A DNA stretch of 64,000 nucleotides, from assembly GCA_030154185.1 (NCBI GenBank), contig JASKKK010000006.1, positions 5,056 to 69,055 of the forward strand, written 5' to 3'. The notes below the pieces were generated by a model that ran no database searches, had not been told where the DNA came from, and saw nothing but the letters and a program-made list of their open reading frames with translations. Shown here piece after piece: positions 28,711 to 38,068 of the stretch. The translations under genes and the position numbers were made by a program. How positions within the stretch are numbered: the stretch's first letter is position 1; the number at the start of each line of letters is the position of its first letter. Origin of the DNA: Desulfuromonadales bacterium (lineage in GTDB: Bacteria; Desulfobacterota; Desulfuromonadia; Desulfuromonadales; Syntrophotaleaceae).

Positions 28711-29586
28711 ATGGCCCGTCTTTTTAAAGTCACTGTCTGGCTGTTTCCGGTATTGCTGGCCGGTTGCATAACCGGAACGCCCGAAATGACAGCCGAAAAG
28801 GATCCATCCATGTGCAACAAACCGCCCGCCATCGTACTGGTAGCCTTCGGCACCACCTCGGACAGAGGCCGGGAAGTCTTCGACGTCATCGAAGAAGCGG
28901 CACATAAACGCTACCCGGAGCACGATATCTTCCTGGCCTTTACCTCCCGGACGGTGGTCGACCGTCTGCGCCAGCGCGGGGTGATGGTGCATAACCTACC
29001 GGAAACCCTGGCCCGACTGCAGGCCGAAGGTTACACACAGGCCATCCTCCAATCGCTGATGATCGTTCCGGGGCAAAAAGACGCCGAGATCGCCCGGTTT
29101 TCGACCGGCACGTTGCAGGTTGCTTACGGCCAACCACTTATGGCCTGTGCCGACGATATCCGTGACACCGTCGAAGCCGTCCGCAGGGACATCGCCACCG
29201 GCCGGCCCACGGTTTTCGTAACCCATGGCAACAGCAAGTACCCGCAATACAACCGGGCGTTGCTCGCTTTTGCCTCCGCCGTCGAGAACCGCTTTGCTAC
29301 GGCTGTTACCTGCAGTGTGGAAGGCGAACCGGGCCTTGACAAACTCGGTCTTGCCCGGCAGTGGGCCGAGGAAGCGGGTGCCGTGCATTTCGTGCCGCTG
29401 ATGCTGGTGGCCGGCGATCATATCGAAAACGATGTCCTCGGCGACGAGTCCGACTCCTGGAAAAATCTCATCGGCGTCTCCACCGCCAGTTGCGCAACGC
29501 CTCTGGGCTACAATCCGGCCATACTCGAGATCTTCTTCCGGCACCTTGATGCGGCCAGGGCGGCTTTGCAGGCAACGGAAGGGTAA
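28711..29586 (+). CDS. cbiK: sirohydrochlorin cobaltochelatase CbiK, lipoprotein form (alternative cytoplasmic start at 28810)
   Basis: MARLFKVTVWLFPVLLAGC lipobox. CbiK core IVLVAFGTTS..HG..MLVAGDH. An internal ATG at 28810 with aaaagga 7 nt upstream would give MCNKPPAIVLVAFGT. Confidence 0.8.
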   Translation: MARLFKVTVWLFPVLLAGCITGTPEMTAEKDPSMCNKPPAIVLVAFGTTSDRGREVFDVIEEAAHKRYPEHDIFLAFTSRTVVDRLRQRGVMVHNLPETLARLQAEGYTQAILQSLMIVPGQKDAEIARFSTGTLQVAYGQPLMACADDIRDTVEAVRRDIATGRPTVFVTHGNSKYPQYNRALLAFASAVENRFATAVTCSVEGEPGLDKLGLARQWAEEAGAVHFVPLMLVAGDHIENDVLGDESDSWKNLIGVSTASCATPLGYNPAILEIFFRHLDAARAALQATEG

Positions 29587-29591
29587 AACGC

Positions 29592-30788
29592 ATGTACCGG
29601 TCTATTCTGCTTTTGTCCATACTCGCTTCTCTGGCCATGGGTTCGCTGATTCCGATGCACGCTCAGGCGGCGGACGCCTCCCAATCTGCCGCAGAGGTTT
29701 CCGCTTCACGAGCGGAAAAGGTTCAGGCCGAGGGAGAGCGCGGCCGCGCCCTGGAACGCGCCCACCGAGAGACAAAAGCGCGTCCCTCGCCCTACGCCTC
29801 CTGGAAGCGGAAACTTTCTTTCTGGCCCCGCAAAACCGTGTTGCTGGTGGAGCTGGCTCTCTTCATTACCGTCGGCATTCTCATCGGCCAGGTGCTTGAA
29901 GTTGCTGGGTGGATCGGTGTGCTTTCCGTGCTTGCCTGGCCCCTGATCCGCTTGGGGCGCCTGCCCCGTGCTGCAGCACCGGCTTTCATCATGGCCTTTC
30001 AGTCGGGAGCGGTGGCCAACAGCATGCTGGTTTCTTATCGGGACGAGGGAACGCTCAACAATCGACACCTGTACACCTCCGTACTGGTGGTGTCCTGCAT
30101 TTCCCTGTTTGCCCATCTGCCGACCTTTATCGTGCCGCTGGGCTTTGCCTTCGGCTGGGCGGCCACCGGTGCCCTGTTCGGCGTCCGGCTGGCCGCCATT
30201 GCGCTGGAAATCGTCCTGGTGCTGATGGTATCCAGCTGGCTCGGCAGGCGGTGGCGGGAAGACCGGAGCCTGTTTGACCAGCCCTTGCGATACCTGGGTG
30301 AGGATGGCCGCCACCCGGTCAGGATCCCGTTCTTCAGCGTCGATTTCTGGAGGCGGGTATGGAAACGTTCCCGCCGCACCATCCGCCGGCTGCTCTTGTA
30401 TGTGCTGCCGACATTCGTGGTCATGGCCCTGCTGGAGCAGTTCAAGGTTTTCCAAAGCCTGGCGGCCTGGTTGCCGGGTCTGTTCAAACCGGCCTTTCTG
30501 CCTAGCCAGGCGGTGGCCATTATTCCGGCTCAGGCGGTCAACATGTACAACGGCGCCATCGCCGCGGCCAACTTCGTCGACGCCGGCAGCCTGACCATCA
30601 AGCAAGCTGTCACCGTCATTCTGCTCGGTTCGGTCATCACCGCCCCGCTACGCACCCTGCGCCATGCACTGCCGACCTATCTGGCCACCCTCGGCGCGAG
30701 ACCCGGCGCGGTCATGGCGATAAGCGCCCAGGCGCTGCGGGTCACTTTTGTACTGCTCTGTACCTGGGTGATGGTGATGGTTTGGTAA
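29592..30788 (+). CDS. polytopic membrane protein with signal peptide; possibly nucleoside-recognition (FeoB gate-like) transporter domain
   Basis: Signal MYRSILLLSILASLAMGSLIPMHAQA, then a charged region, then about 8 hydrophobic helices. Family assignment is tentative. Confidence 0.55.
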   Translation: MYRSILLLSILASLAMGSLIPMHAQAADASQSAAEVSASRAEKVQAEGERGRALERAHRETKARPSPYASWKRKLSFWPRKTVLLVELALFITVGILIGQVLEVAGWIGVLSVLAWPLIRLGRLPRAAAPAFIMAFQSGAVANSMLVSYRDEGTLNNRHLYTSVLVVSCISLFAHLPTFIVPLGFAFGWAATGALFGVRLAAIALEIVLVLMVSSWLGRRWREDRSLFDQPLRYLGEDGRHPVRIPFFSVDFWRRVWKRSRRTIRRLLLYVLPTFVVMALLEQFKVFQSLAAWLPGLFKPAFLPSQAVAIIPAQAVNMYNGAIAAANFVDAGSLTIKQAVTVILLGSVITAPLRTLRHALPTYLATLGARPGAVMAISAQALRVTFVLLCTWVMVMVW

Positions 30789-30792
30789 CGAC

Positions 30793-30880
30793 AGGCCAAA
30801 GGCCCGAGGCCCGCAGGACGCGGAAACCTTGTCATCGTTTCGCCTTTCAGGATAGGGGCGATCCTTGTGATCGTCCTTCG
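30793..30880. repeat. intergenic repeat, full copy A
   Basis: 35-nt core ttcaggataggggcgatccttgtgatcgtccttcg (30846-30880) is 33/35 identical to 33476-33510. The upstream half is related to 28371-28416. Confidence 0.8.
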
Positions 30881-30941
30881 GGGAAAAACAGATCGCTCTG
30901 TCCATTGACCGGGGCGAATAAAAGATTCGCCCCTACAAGGA

Positions 30942-31721
30942 ATGATTGATATGACCATCAAAACAAAAAATTGCCAACCCGGCCATTTCTATGCCGTCGG
31001 TGTGGGGCCCGGCGCTCCCGACCTGATCACCCTGCGCGCCGCCGGTCTTATCGAATCCGCCGATACGGTGATCGTGCCGCGCTCGGAACTGGCCGGCGAG
31101 AGTCTCGCTTTACTGACCATCCGCGACCTGATCGACGAGCAGGAAGTGATCGAGCATGTCTATCCCATGAAACGCGATTCTTCCCGAACCCGTTCCTGCT
31201 GGGCGGAAGTAGCGGCGGAAGTGGCGGCACGAGTCAGTGCGGGGCTGGCAGTGGTCCAGGTCACCATCGGCGATCCGATGGTTTACAGCACCAGCTCCTA
31301 CCTTCTCGAAAGCCTTGTCGACCTGCTGCCAGCCGAATGCATTCATGTGGTTCCCGGCATCAGCGCATTTCAGGCAACGGCCTCCGTACTCGGCGAACCC
31401 TTGACCCTGCAGGAGGACCGTTTGAACATCATGCCCGCCACCGACATGGACGCTGTGGCCCGAGCTTTGGAATGCTGCGAAACGCTGGTCCTGTATAAGG
31501 TCGGACCGCGCCTGCGACAACTCGGCGCCTTGCTTGAATCCCGCAACCTCCTCGATCGGGCGCGCCTGGCCTGCTATGTCGAGCAGCAAGGCAGGGAGGC
31601 GATCTTCCGTAACTTCCGCGATGCCCTGGCCGACGACAGCCACGGCTACATGTCGACGGTGGTCGTGCGCCTCGGACGCCGCTCCTGGGAACAGACGCCT
31701 TCGATGGGAAAGGTTGTCTGA
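30942..31721 (+). CDS. cbiL: cobalt-factor-II / precorrin-2 C20-methyltransferase
   Basis: FYAVGVGPGAPDLITLRA, GDPMVYST and VPGISAF. The start could be 30942 or 30951. Confidence 0.8.
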   Translation: MIDMTIKTKNCQPGHFYAVGVGPGAPDLITLRAAGLIESADTVIVPRSELAGESLALLTIRDLIDEQEVIEHVYPMKRDSSRTRSCWAEVAAEVAARVSAGLAVVQVTIGDPMVYSTSSYLLESLVDLLPAECIHVVPGISAFQATASVLGEPLTLQEDRLNIMPATDMDAVARALECCETLVLYKVGPRLRQLGALLESRNLLDRARLACYVEQQGREAIFRNFRDALADDSHGYMSTVVVRLGRRSWEQTPSMGKVV

Positions 31722-31723
31722 GC

Positions 31724-32776
31724 ATGGGCGGCCTGCATAATGGATTCACCACCGGTGCCTGTGCCGCAGCAGCGGCCAAAGCCGCCGCCGGACTGTTGGC
31801 CGGGTGGACGATGCACGAAGCGGTAACCATTCCCCTGCCGGACGGTACGCGGGAATCGCTGCCCCTGGCCTATGCCCGCACTTTGCCCGACGGAGCGGAA
31901 GCGGCCGTATGCAAACAGGCCGGCGATGATCCGGATGTCACCGACGGGGCCCTGGTCATCGCCCGTATCGCATGGAAGAAAAGCGACATCGCGTTTCATG
32001 CGGGCGAAGGGGTCGGCATCATCACCAAACCGGGGCTGGCCCTGCCCCCTGGGGAACCTGCCATCAACCCCGGGCCGCGACGCATGATCGAAGCGGCGGT
32101 GCGCGAAGTGACGGATCGCGGCCTGCATATTACCGTCGCCGTTCCCGCCGGAAAAGAACTGGCCGCCCGAACCTTCAATCCCCGCCTGGGAATCGAGGGC
32201 GGAATATCGGTCCTCGGCACCACCGGCAGAGTGCGGCCATTCAGCCTTGAAGCAGTCCGCAAAACCATGGAATGCGCCTACGACGTGGCCATGGCCGCAA
32301 ACATCCGGTATCCCGTCCTGGTGCCCGGGCATATCGGCGAACGGGCTGCACGCCGGCACTTTCGCTTGCAGGACGAGCAGGTGGTGGAGGCCGGCAACGA
32401 ATGGGGGTTCATGATCGACCTGACGGCACGCAAACCGCCTGCAGCCCTGCTGGTGCTGGGACATCCGGGCAAGCTCGCCAAACTTTCCCTGGGCCACTGG
32501 GATACCCATTCGCGTCGGTCCGCCAGTCCGGTCCCCTCCGTCAGGAAACTCGCCGCCCAGGTCCTTGACTTTCCGATTCCCGAAGCAACCACCGTGGAAG
32601 GCGTGTTTGCAGACCTGAATCCCGAACAGCAAAAAAGCCTCGGCGATGCACTGGCCAGAGCGGTTCAGATTGCCATCAGCCATCGCCTCAACTATCGGAT
32701 GCCGGTTTCAACCTTGCTCATCAACCTGGCCGGCGACCTCCTCGGTTCCTGCGGAGATTTGACACCATGGCAATAA
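31724..32776 (+). CDS. cbiD: cobalt-precorrin-5B (C1)-methyltransferase
   Basis: GFTTGACAAAAAKAA N-terminus and GGISVLGTTG. Confidence 0.9.
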   Translation: MGGLHNGFTTGACAAAAAKAAAGLLAGWTMHEAVTIPLPDGTRESLPLAYARTLPDGAEAAVCKQAGDDPDVTDGALVIARIAWKKSDIAFHAGEGVGIITKPGLALPPGEPAINPGPRRMIEAAVREVTDRGLHITVAVPAGKELAARTFNPRLGIEGGISVLGTTGRVRPFSLEAVRKTMECAYDVAMAANIRYPVLVPGHIGERAARRHFRLQDEQVVEAGNEWGFMIDLTARKPPAALLVLGHPGKLAKLSLGHWDTHSRRSASPVPSVRKLAAQVLDFPIPEATTVEGVFADLNPEQQKSLGDALARAVQIAISHRLNYRMPVSTLLINLAGDLLGSCGDLTPWQ

Positions 32777-33411
32777 CAGACAGACCCATCATCATCGTGG
32801 GATGCGGTCCCGGAAGCCCCGAATACCTGACGGATGCCGCCCGACATGCAGTAGAACATGCCGGACTGTTGATCGGTGCCGACCGCCTGCTGGATCTGTT
32901 TCCGGATGCGAAAGCCGAGAGAATTGCCGTTGGGGCGGATATCTCCGCCGTTCTGCATACTATGGAAATCCGCCTGGGAAAAACGCCCATGGTAGTGCTG
33001 GTCACCGGCGATCCCGGCATGCACAGCCTGGCCCGTCCGGTGCTGCGTCATTTCGGACGCGCCTTGTGCCGCATCATCCCTGGTGTCAGCTCGGTGCAGG
33101 CCGCCTTTGCCGCCGCCGGCGTCGACTGGATGAACGCCCGCATCCTCAGCGCCCACAAAACGGTACCGGACATCGATCCCCGGGAACTCGCACCGGTCGA
33201 CAAAATCGCCGTGCTGGCCGGCTCGCCGGCCGCCCTGCGCTGGATTGCCGAACTGGCGGAGCGCCTCGCGCCACGCTGGATTTTTGTCTGTGAAGAACTG
33301 ACCCTTCCCGGCGAAACCGTCACCAAGGTTAGCGCGGAAATGCTGGCGAGAATGGAAGCCAGCCCCAGAACCGTGGTGCTGTTGCTGCGCCCCGGCGTAT
33401 GGGATGTTTAG
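32767..33411 (+). CDS. cbiE: cobalt-precorrin-7 (C5)-methyltransferase
   Basis: IIIVGCGPGSPEYLT, GDPGMHS and IPGVSSVQ. No fused CbiT domain. Confidence 0.8.
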   Translation: MAITDRPIIIVGCGPGSPEYLTDAARHAVEHAGLLIGADRLLDLFPDAKAERIAVGADISAVLHTMEIRLGKTPMVVLVTGDPGMHSLARPVLRHFGRALCRIIPGVSSVQAAFAAAGVDWMNARILSAHKTVPDIDPRELAPVDKIAVLAGSPAALRWIAELAERLAPRWIFVCEELTLPGETVTKVSAEMLARMEASPRTVVLLLRPGVWDV

Positions 33412-33412
33412 G

Positions 33413-33510
33413 GGCGAGGACAAAGACCCGAGCTTCGCGGGACGCGGGACGCGAAACCCTTGTATCGCCTCACCCTTCAGGGTAGGGGCGATCCTTGTGA
33501 TCGCCCTTCG
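33413..33510. repeat. intergenic repeat, full copy B
   Basis: See 30793-30880. Core at 33476-33510. The gggacgcgggacgcgaaaccc part matches 28390-28416. Confidence 0.8.
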
Positions 33511-33594
33511 CTCAACCCGTTTCACTCCTCGGCACGTTTCACGGGATGCCGTTTTAGCATAGAAAAAGCCAATCACCCGCAAGGAGAAAAAAAT

Positions 33595-34353
33595 ATGAAC
33601 GTCTACTTCATCGGCGCAGGGCCCGGCGATCCCGAGCTCCTCACTCTCAAGGCCAAACGCCTGCTGAACCGCTGTCCGATCTGCATCTTCGCCGGCTCCC
33701 TGGTCAACCCGGCGGTGCTCGACCACCTGCCGGCAGATGCCGAACGTTACGATTCGGCCCTCATGAGCCTGGATGAAATCACGGTCCTGTTTCAACTCGC
33801 CCGACAGCGTGACATGGACGTGGTAAGGCTGCACTCCGGCGACCCCTCCATTTACGGCGCCATCCGCGAACAGATGAATGAACTCGACCGGCTCGGCATA
33901 GGCTACGAAGTCGTCCCCGGCGTAAGTTCCTTTCAGGCGGCGGCCGCCACCCTGTGCACGGAACTGACCGCGCCGGAAATCTCGCAGACCATCATCCTGA
34001 CCCGCACCGCCGGACGCACGCCCATGCCTGAGGACCAGGACCTGCTGAAACTGGCCCAAAGCAATGCGACCCTGTGCATTTTCCTGTCGGCGCATAAAAT
34101 CGCCGAGGTGGCATCCACACTGGCCGAGTCCTACGGCAGCCAGTGCCCTGTGGCGGTGGTCTACCATGCTTCCTGGCCCGACCAGCTGGTACTGCGCGGC
34201 ACATTGGCCGATATCGGTGAACAGGCGGAAGCCGCCGGGATCACCAAAACCGCCATGATCGTCGTAGGATGGGCCCTGTCCCGGAACATTCCGGTTTCCA
34301 AACTTTACGACGCTGGTTTTTCTCACGAATTCCGTCAGGCCAAATCGTCATGA
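33595..34353 (+). CDS. cbiF: cobalt-precorrin-4 C11-methyltransferase
   Basis: SD aaggag. MNVYFIGAGPGDPELLT, SGDPSIYGA and VPGVSSFQ. Confidence 0.9.
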   Translation: MNVYFIGAGPGDPELLTLKAKRLLNRCPICIFAGSLVNPAVLDHLPADAERYDSALMSLDEITVLFQLARQRDMDVVRLHSGDPSIYGAIREQMNELDRLGIGYEVVPGVSSFQAAAATLCTELTAPEISQTIILTRTAGRTPMPEDQDLLKLAQSNATLCIFLSAHKIAEVASTLAESYGSQCPVAVVYHASWPDQLVLRGTLADIGEQAEAAGITKTAMIVVGWALSRNIPVSKLYDAGFSHEFRQAKSS

Positions 34354-35180
34354 GCGTCGCTCTCGTTTCCTTCTCGGCAGAAGGGCTGGATACAGCTCGC
34401 AGATTGAGTCCCCACCTGCACGGTGCCGAAATCCATGTGCACAAATGCGTCGGACAGGTGCCGGATGCGAGACTTTTTTCCCGCGTGATGGATCTGACCC
34501 GGGAACTCTTCGACCATTGCAGGGGCATCGTCTATATCGCACCAAGCGGCGTGGCGGTACGCGCCATCGCTCCGCTGATCGAGCACAAGTTCCGTGATCC
34601 GGCGGTGGTCGTCGTCGATGTTCTCGGGCGCTGGGCCGTGAGCCTTTTATGCGGTCACGAAGGAGGCGCGAACGACCTGACCCTGCACATCGCCAATGTG
34701 CTTGAGGCCGAACCGGTCATCACCACGACCTCGGAAGCAGCAAAAAATCTCATCGTCGGGGTCGGCTGTCGCCGCGGCACCCCGGCGGACGACATCATGA
34801 CGGCGGTCAGGGAAAGTCTGGCAACGGCAGGGCATCGCCCCGAGGAGGTGCGACTGCTTGCTTCGGCAGACCTCAAGGCCGACGAAGCCGGCCTGCTGGA
34901 GGCTGCCCATCTTCTTAACATTCCTCTACGGTTTGTTTCCGGCGCCGAGATTCGCGCCTGCGACCGTAATTTCAACGCATCCGCTTTTGTTCAGGACAAG
35001 GTCGCTTTGCCGGCCGTGGCCGAACCTGCCGCCCTGCTGGCGGGAAGGAGGACCCGATTAATACTTCCGAAAACCATCATCAAAAGTGTCACAGTGGCCA
35101 TCTCGCGGGAAAACTTTTCGTGGTCGGTATCGGCCCCGGAAACCGCCTCGACCGAACCCGCCGGGCCGAGCAGGCCATAG
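34350..35180 (+). CDS. cbiG: cobalt-precorrin-5A hydrolase
   Basis: ATGA overlap with cbiF. CbiG blocks IAPLI..K..DPAVVVVD and VGVGCRRG. Confidence 0.8.
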   Translation: MSVALVSFSAEGLDTARRLSPHLHGAEIHVHKCVGQVPDARLFSRVMDLTRELFDHCRGIVYIAPSGVAVRAIAPLIEHKFRDPAVVVVDVLGRWAVSLLCGHEGGANDLTLHIANVLEAEPVITTTSEAAKNLIVGVGCRRGTPADDIMTAVRESLATAGHRPEEVRLLASADLKADEAGLLEAAHLLNIPLRFVSGAEIRACDRNFNASAFVQDKVALPAVAEPAALLAGRRTRLILPKTIIKSVTVAISRENFSWSVSAPETASTEPAGPSRP

Positions 35181-35836
35181 CGAAGAGTCAGGTCGTTGCC
35201 GGATACCACCTGTACCTGGATCACATCGCCGATCTCATATCCGGCAAGGAACGCATCGCTTCGGGAATGATGCAGGAGACCGAGCGCTGTCGCGCGGCGT
35301 TGCAACGGGCGGCGGCAGGAGCCGTGGTCGCTCTGGTGTCTTCGGGGGACCCCGGCGTGTACGGTATGGCAGGGCTGGCGCTGGAAATGGCGGCGGCCGA
35401 AGGTTTCGATGTGCCGATCGACATCATACCGGGCATCTCCGCGGCCAATTCCGCGGCAGCGCGGCTTGGCGCTCCGCTGATGCTCGACTACGCCTGCATC
35501 AGCCTCAGCGACCTGCTGGTATCCTGGGAATCCATCTGCGACCGCCTGGCGGCACTCGCTGCCGCCGATCTGGTGGTGGCTCTGTACAATCCGCGCAGCA
35601 AAAAACGCATCCGGCAACTTGAAGAGGCCGTGGCCATCATGCAGCGCCATCGCAGCGACAACACACCGGTCGGTATCGTTACCGCCATTGGCGAAACGGA
35701 CGAGCAGGTCGTTCTGACCACCCTTGGCCGTCTGCTGGAAGCCGATGTCGGCATGCGCAGCACGGTCATTATCGGCAACAGTACCTCGCTGTGTCTCGAT
35801 GACCGGCTGATCACCCCGAGGGGTTACCGGTTATGA
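35120..35836 (+). CDS. cbiH: cobalt-factor-III / precorrin-3B C17-methyltransferase
   Basis: GTG start gives MVGIGPG. SGDPGVYGMAG and IPGISAA. 61-nt overlap with cbiG. Confidence 0.85.
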   Translation: MVGIGPGNRLDRTRRAEQAIAKSQVVAGYHLYLDHIADLISGKERIASGMMQETERCRAALQRAAAGAVVALVSSGDPGVYGMAGLALEMAAAEGFDVPIDIIPGISAANSAAARLGAPLMLDYACISLSDLLVSWESICDRLAALAAADLVVALYNPRSKKRIRQLEEAVAIMQRHRSDNTPVGIVTAIGETDEQVVLTTLGRLLEADVGMRSTVIIGNSTSLCLDDRLITPRGYRL

Positions 35837-36594
35837 TCCTGCTCCTCGGCGGTACGAGTGAAACGGCGCCGCTGACGCGGGCCCTGCTGGAAGCCGGCCA
35901 CCAGGTACTGGTATCGACCGCCACGGATGCGCCGCTGAAGCTCCCGGAGCATCCCCGGCTGAAACGCCGCCATGGCCGACTCGACCGGCATGCCATGATC
36001 GCATTGATGCTGCGCTGCGAAATAAGGGTGCTGCTCGATGCCACCCATCCTTATGCGGCCCAGGCCCAGGATCAGGCGCGGCAGGCGGCTGCCGAGCTGG
36101 GTCTGCCGTATCTGCGCTGGGAAAGACCCCCTTCCGATTTCGACGGATATGCGGTCACCTGGGCGGAAAACCATCGACACGCGGCGCAGTTGGCCTGCGC
36201 GAACGGGCGGCCGGTACTGCTGACCACCGGTTCCAGGCACCTGGAGTCCTATGTAAGCCGGGCTCGCCTGACCGACGTCCGGTTACGCGCCAGGGTTCTG
36301 CCCCACGACGAGTCCCGCCGTGCTGTGGAACAGGCCGGCCTGGCACCCGAGGAAGTGATCTGGGGGCAGGGGCCTTTTTCCGTCGAGAGTAACCGCGAAC
36401 ACATCCGTCGACACGAAATCGGCGTGCTGGTCACCAAAGACAGCGGCAGGGCCGGGGGCGTGCCGGCCAAACTGAAAGCGGCACAGCTCGAACAGTGTAT
36501 CGTTGTCGTCGTCCGCCGCCCCTCCACCTCCGGTTCGTCACCGCGATTTGACGATCTGACGAAACTGCGCACCTTCCTTGCAGACGAGCTTTAA
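35833..36594 (+). CDS. cbiJ: cobalt-precorrin-6A reductase
   Basis: MILLLGGTSE..DATHPYA..VTKDSG blocks. ATGA overlap with cbiH. Confidence 0.8.
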   Translation: MILLLGGTSETAPLTRALLEAGHQVLVSTATDAPLKLPEHPRLKRRHGRLDRHAMIALMLRCEIRVLLDATHPYAAQAQDQARQAAAELGLPYLRWERPPSDFDGYAVTWAENHRHAAQLACANGRPVLLTTGSRHLESYVSRARLTDVRLRARVLPHDESRRAVEQAGLAPEEVIWGQGPFSVESNREHIRRHEIGVLVTKDSGRAGGVPAKLKAAQLEQCIVVVVRRPSTSGSSPRFDDLTKLRTFLADEL

Positions 36595-37119
36595 ACCCCA
36601 CCCTCGTTTCTGACAAACCAGTATTTTCCCAACAGTTGAGGCATCACCCCCCTGCTTTATCCCCCCAATTGGTGATCGAAATTCCCCTCCGTTGGGGGAT
36701 ACTCCCGACTTCCCATCATGAGGTATTTTAGTTCACGGATGGTAAGACAGTTGTTCTTCGGAGTTCGCTATAAAGGCGTTCTGAAACGTCCGTTCCAGAA
36801 ATTCCGCAGAGCAATCTCCTAGGTAGCCGCCGTATCCTTTTTCTCAGGATCTGGGACGACATGCCATGAGCCGGTTGACAACGAACATGCTTAAAAAGTT
36901 CAAAGCAATAGCCGACGAAAAATTCCGCTGTCGCATTTTTGCATGGCTTTGCCATCTTCCTTTCTTTGCCTTTCCGCACCCGCCTGCTATGACGGCAACT
37001 TCGTCCCGGAGCGCATTTCTCGCCCGGGCCTTTGCATGCCTTATCTCGGAACGGTTGTTCTCTGGATGGACCGGAAGAATATCCGTTCCTTTTTCATCCT
37101 TTTATGGAGGTACATCATT

Positions 37120-37893
37120 ATGAAGAAGTGGAGTGTTTTACTGGTCTCCGTCTTTCTGCTGGCCGCCGGCTTCGTCAGCTCGGCCCAGGCGAAGATCGAA
37201 GTCGAGGGCGATGTCTACGTCGGCCTCTGGGACAAGTACATCTGGCGCGGATTCGACCAGAGCGGCAGCAAGCCCACCATCCAGGGCGGCATCGATTTGA
37301 GCACCAACGGGTGGACCCTGAGCTACTGGGGCAACTGGCAGCTTAGCGAGGACAAGGAAGAAGGCTACGAATCGGGCGAAAGCAACGAAACCGATATCAT
37401 CCTGACCTACAGCCATGACGTCACCGACTGGCTGAACGTTACCGTTGGCGATATCTGGTACGCCATCGACTTCGGCACCAAGGACGGCCTCAACCGCGAC
37501 GGTTCGGTCGACACCAACGAGGTCTTCGGCATTTTCAGCTTCGACACCCTGCTCTCCCCCAGCGTCAAGATCGCATGGGACTGGGACAAAGCTGATGAAG
37601 ACGGCCTCTACTTTACCTTCGACATCGGCCACACCTTCGACCTGAGCCAGTGGGTACCCAAAACCGCTCTCAACCTGGGTGCCGAGCTTTCCTACAACCT
37701 GCACAGTGATTACCTGGTGGGCGACTATGCCGGTTTCCACGATTACGAACTTTATGTCAGCCTCGACTACGCTCTGACCGATCAGCTGACCCTGAGCCCG
37801 ACTTTCTGGTTCACCTCGCCGATCTGCAGCGCGGCCAAAGACACCATCGATACGGAAACCACCGGTGCCATCAACCTGACCTTCGCCTTTTAA
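37120..37893 (+). CDS. outer-membrane beta-barrel protein, TorF-like putative porin (module B)
   Basis: Mature part differs from 10025..10798 at only 4 residues by my count (I/L, H/N, D/G, A/G). The signal peptide is diverged. Confidence 0.7.
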   Translation: MKKWSVLLVSVFLLAAGFVSSAQAKIEVEGDVYVGLWDKYIWRGFDQSGSKPTIQGGIDLSTNGWTLSYWGNWQLSEDKEEGYESGESNETDIILTYSHDVTDWLNVTVGDIWYAIDFGTKDGLNRDGSVDTNEVFGIFSFDTLLSPSVKIAWDWDKADEDGLYFTFDIGHTFDLSQWVPKTALNLGAELSYNLHSDYLVGDYAGFHDYELYVSLDYALTDQLTLSPTFWFTSPICSAAKDTIDTETTGAINLTFAF

Positions 37894-37933
37894 TCGATAG
37901 GCAAGTTCAGGCCTGAGAAACACCAGAACTCTG

Positions 37934-37975
37934 ACGGGGCGAGAGGCTGTTCAAACACCCCTCGCCCCGTTTTCC
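37934..37975 (+). terminator. intrinsic terminator/attenuator after porin B
   Basis: acggggcgag..loop..ctcgccccgt followed by tttt. Confidence 0.6.
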
Positions 37976-38068
37976 GCGAAAAGCCGGATGGCCAGCGGAC
38001 AGGTTAACGAAAATCGCAAATCACTGTTCACCGCTTTCCTGAAACCGACACTTGTCAGGAGGAACGTC

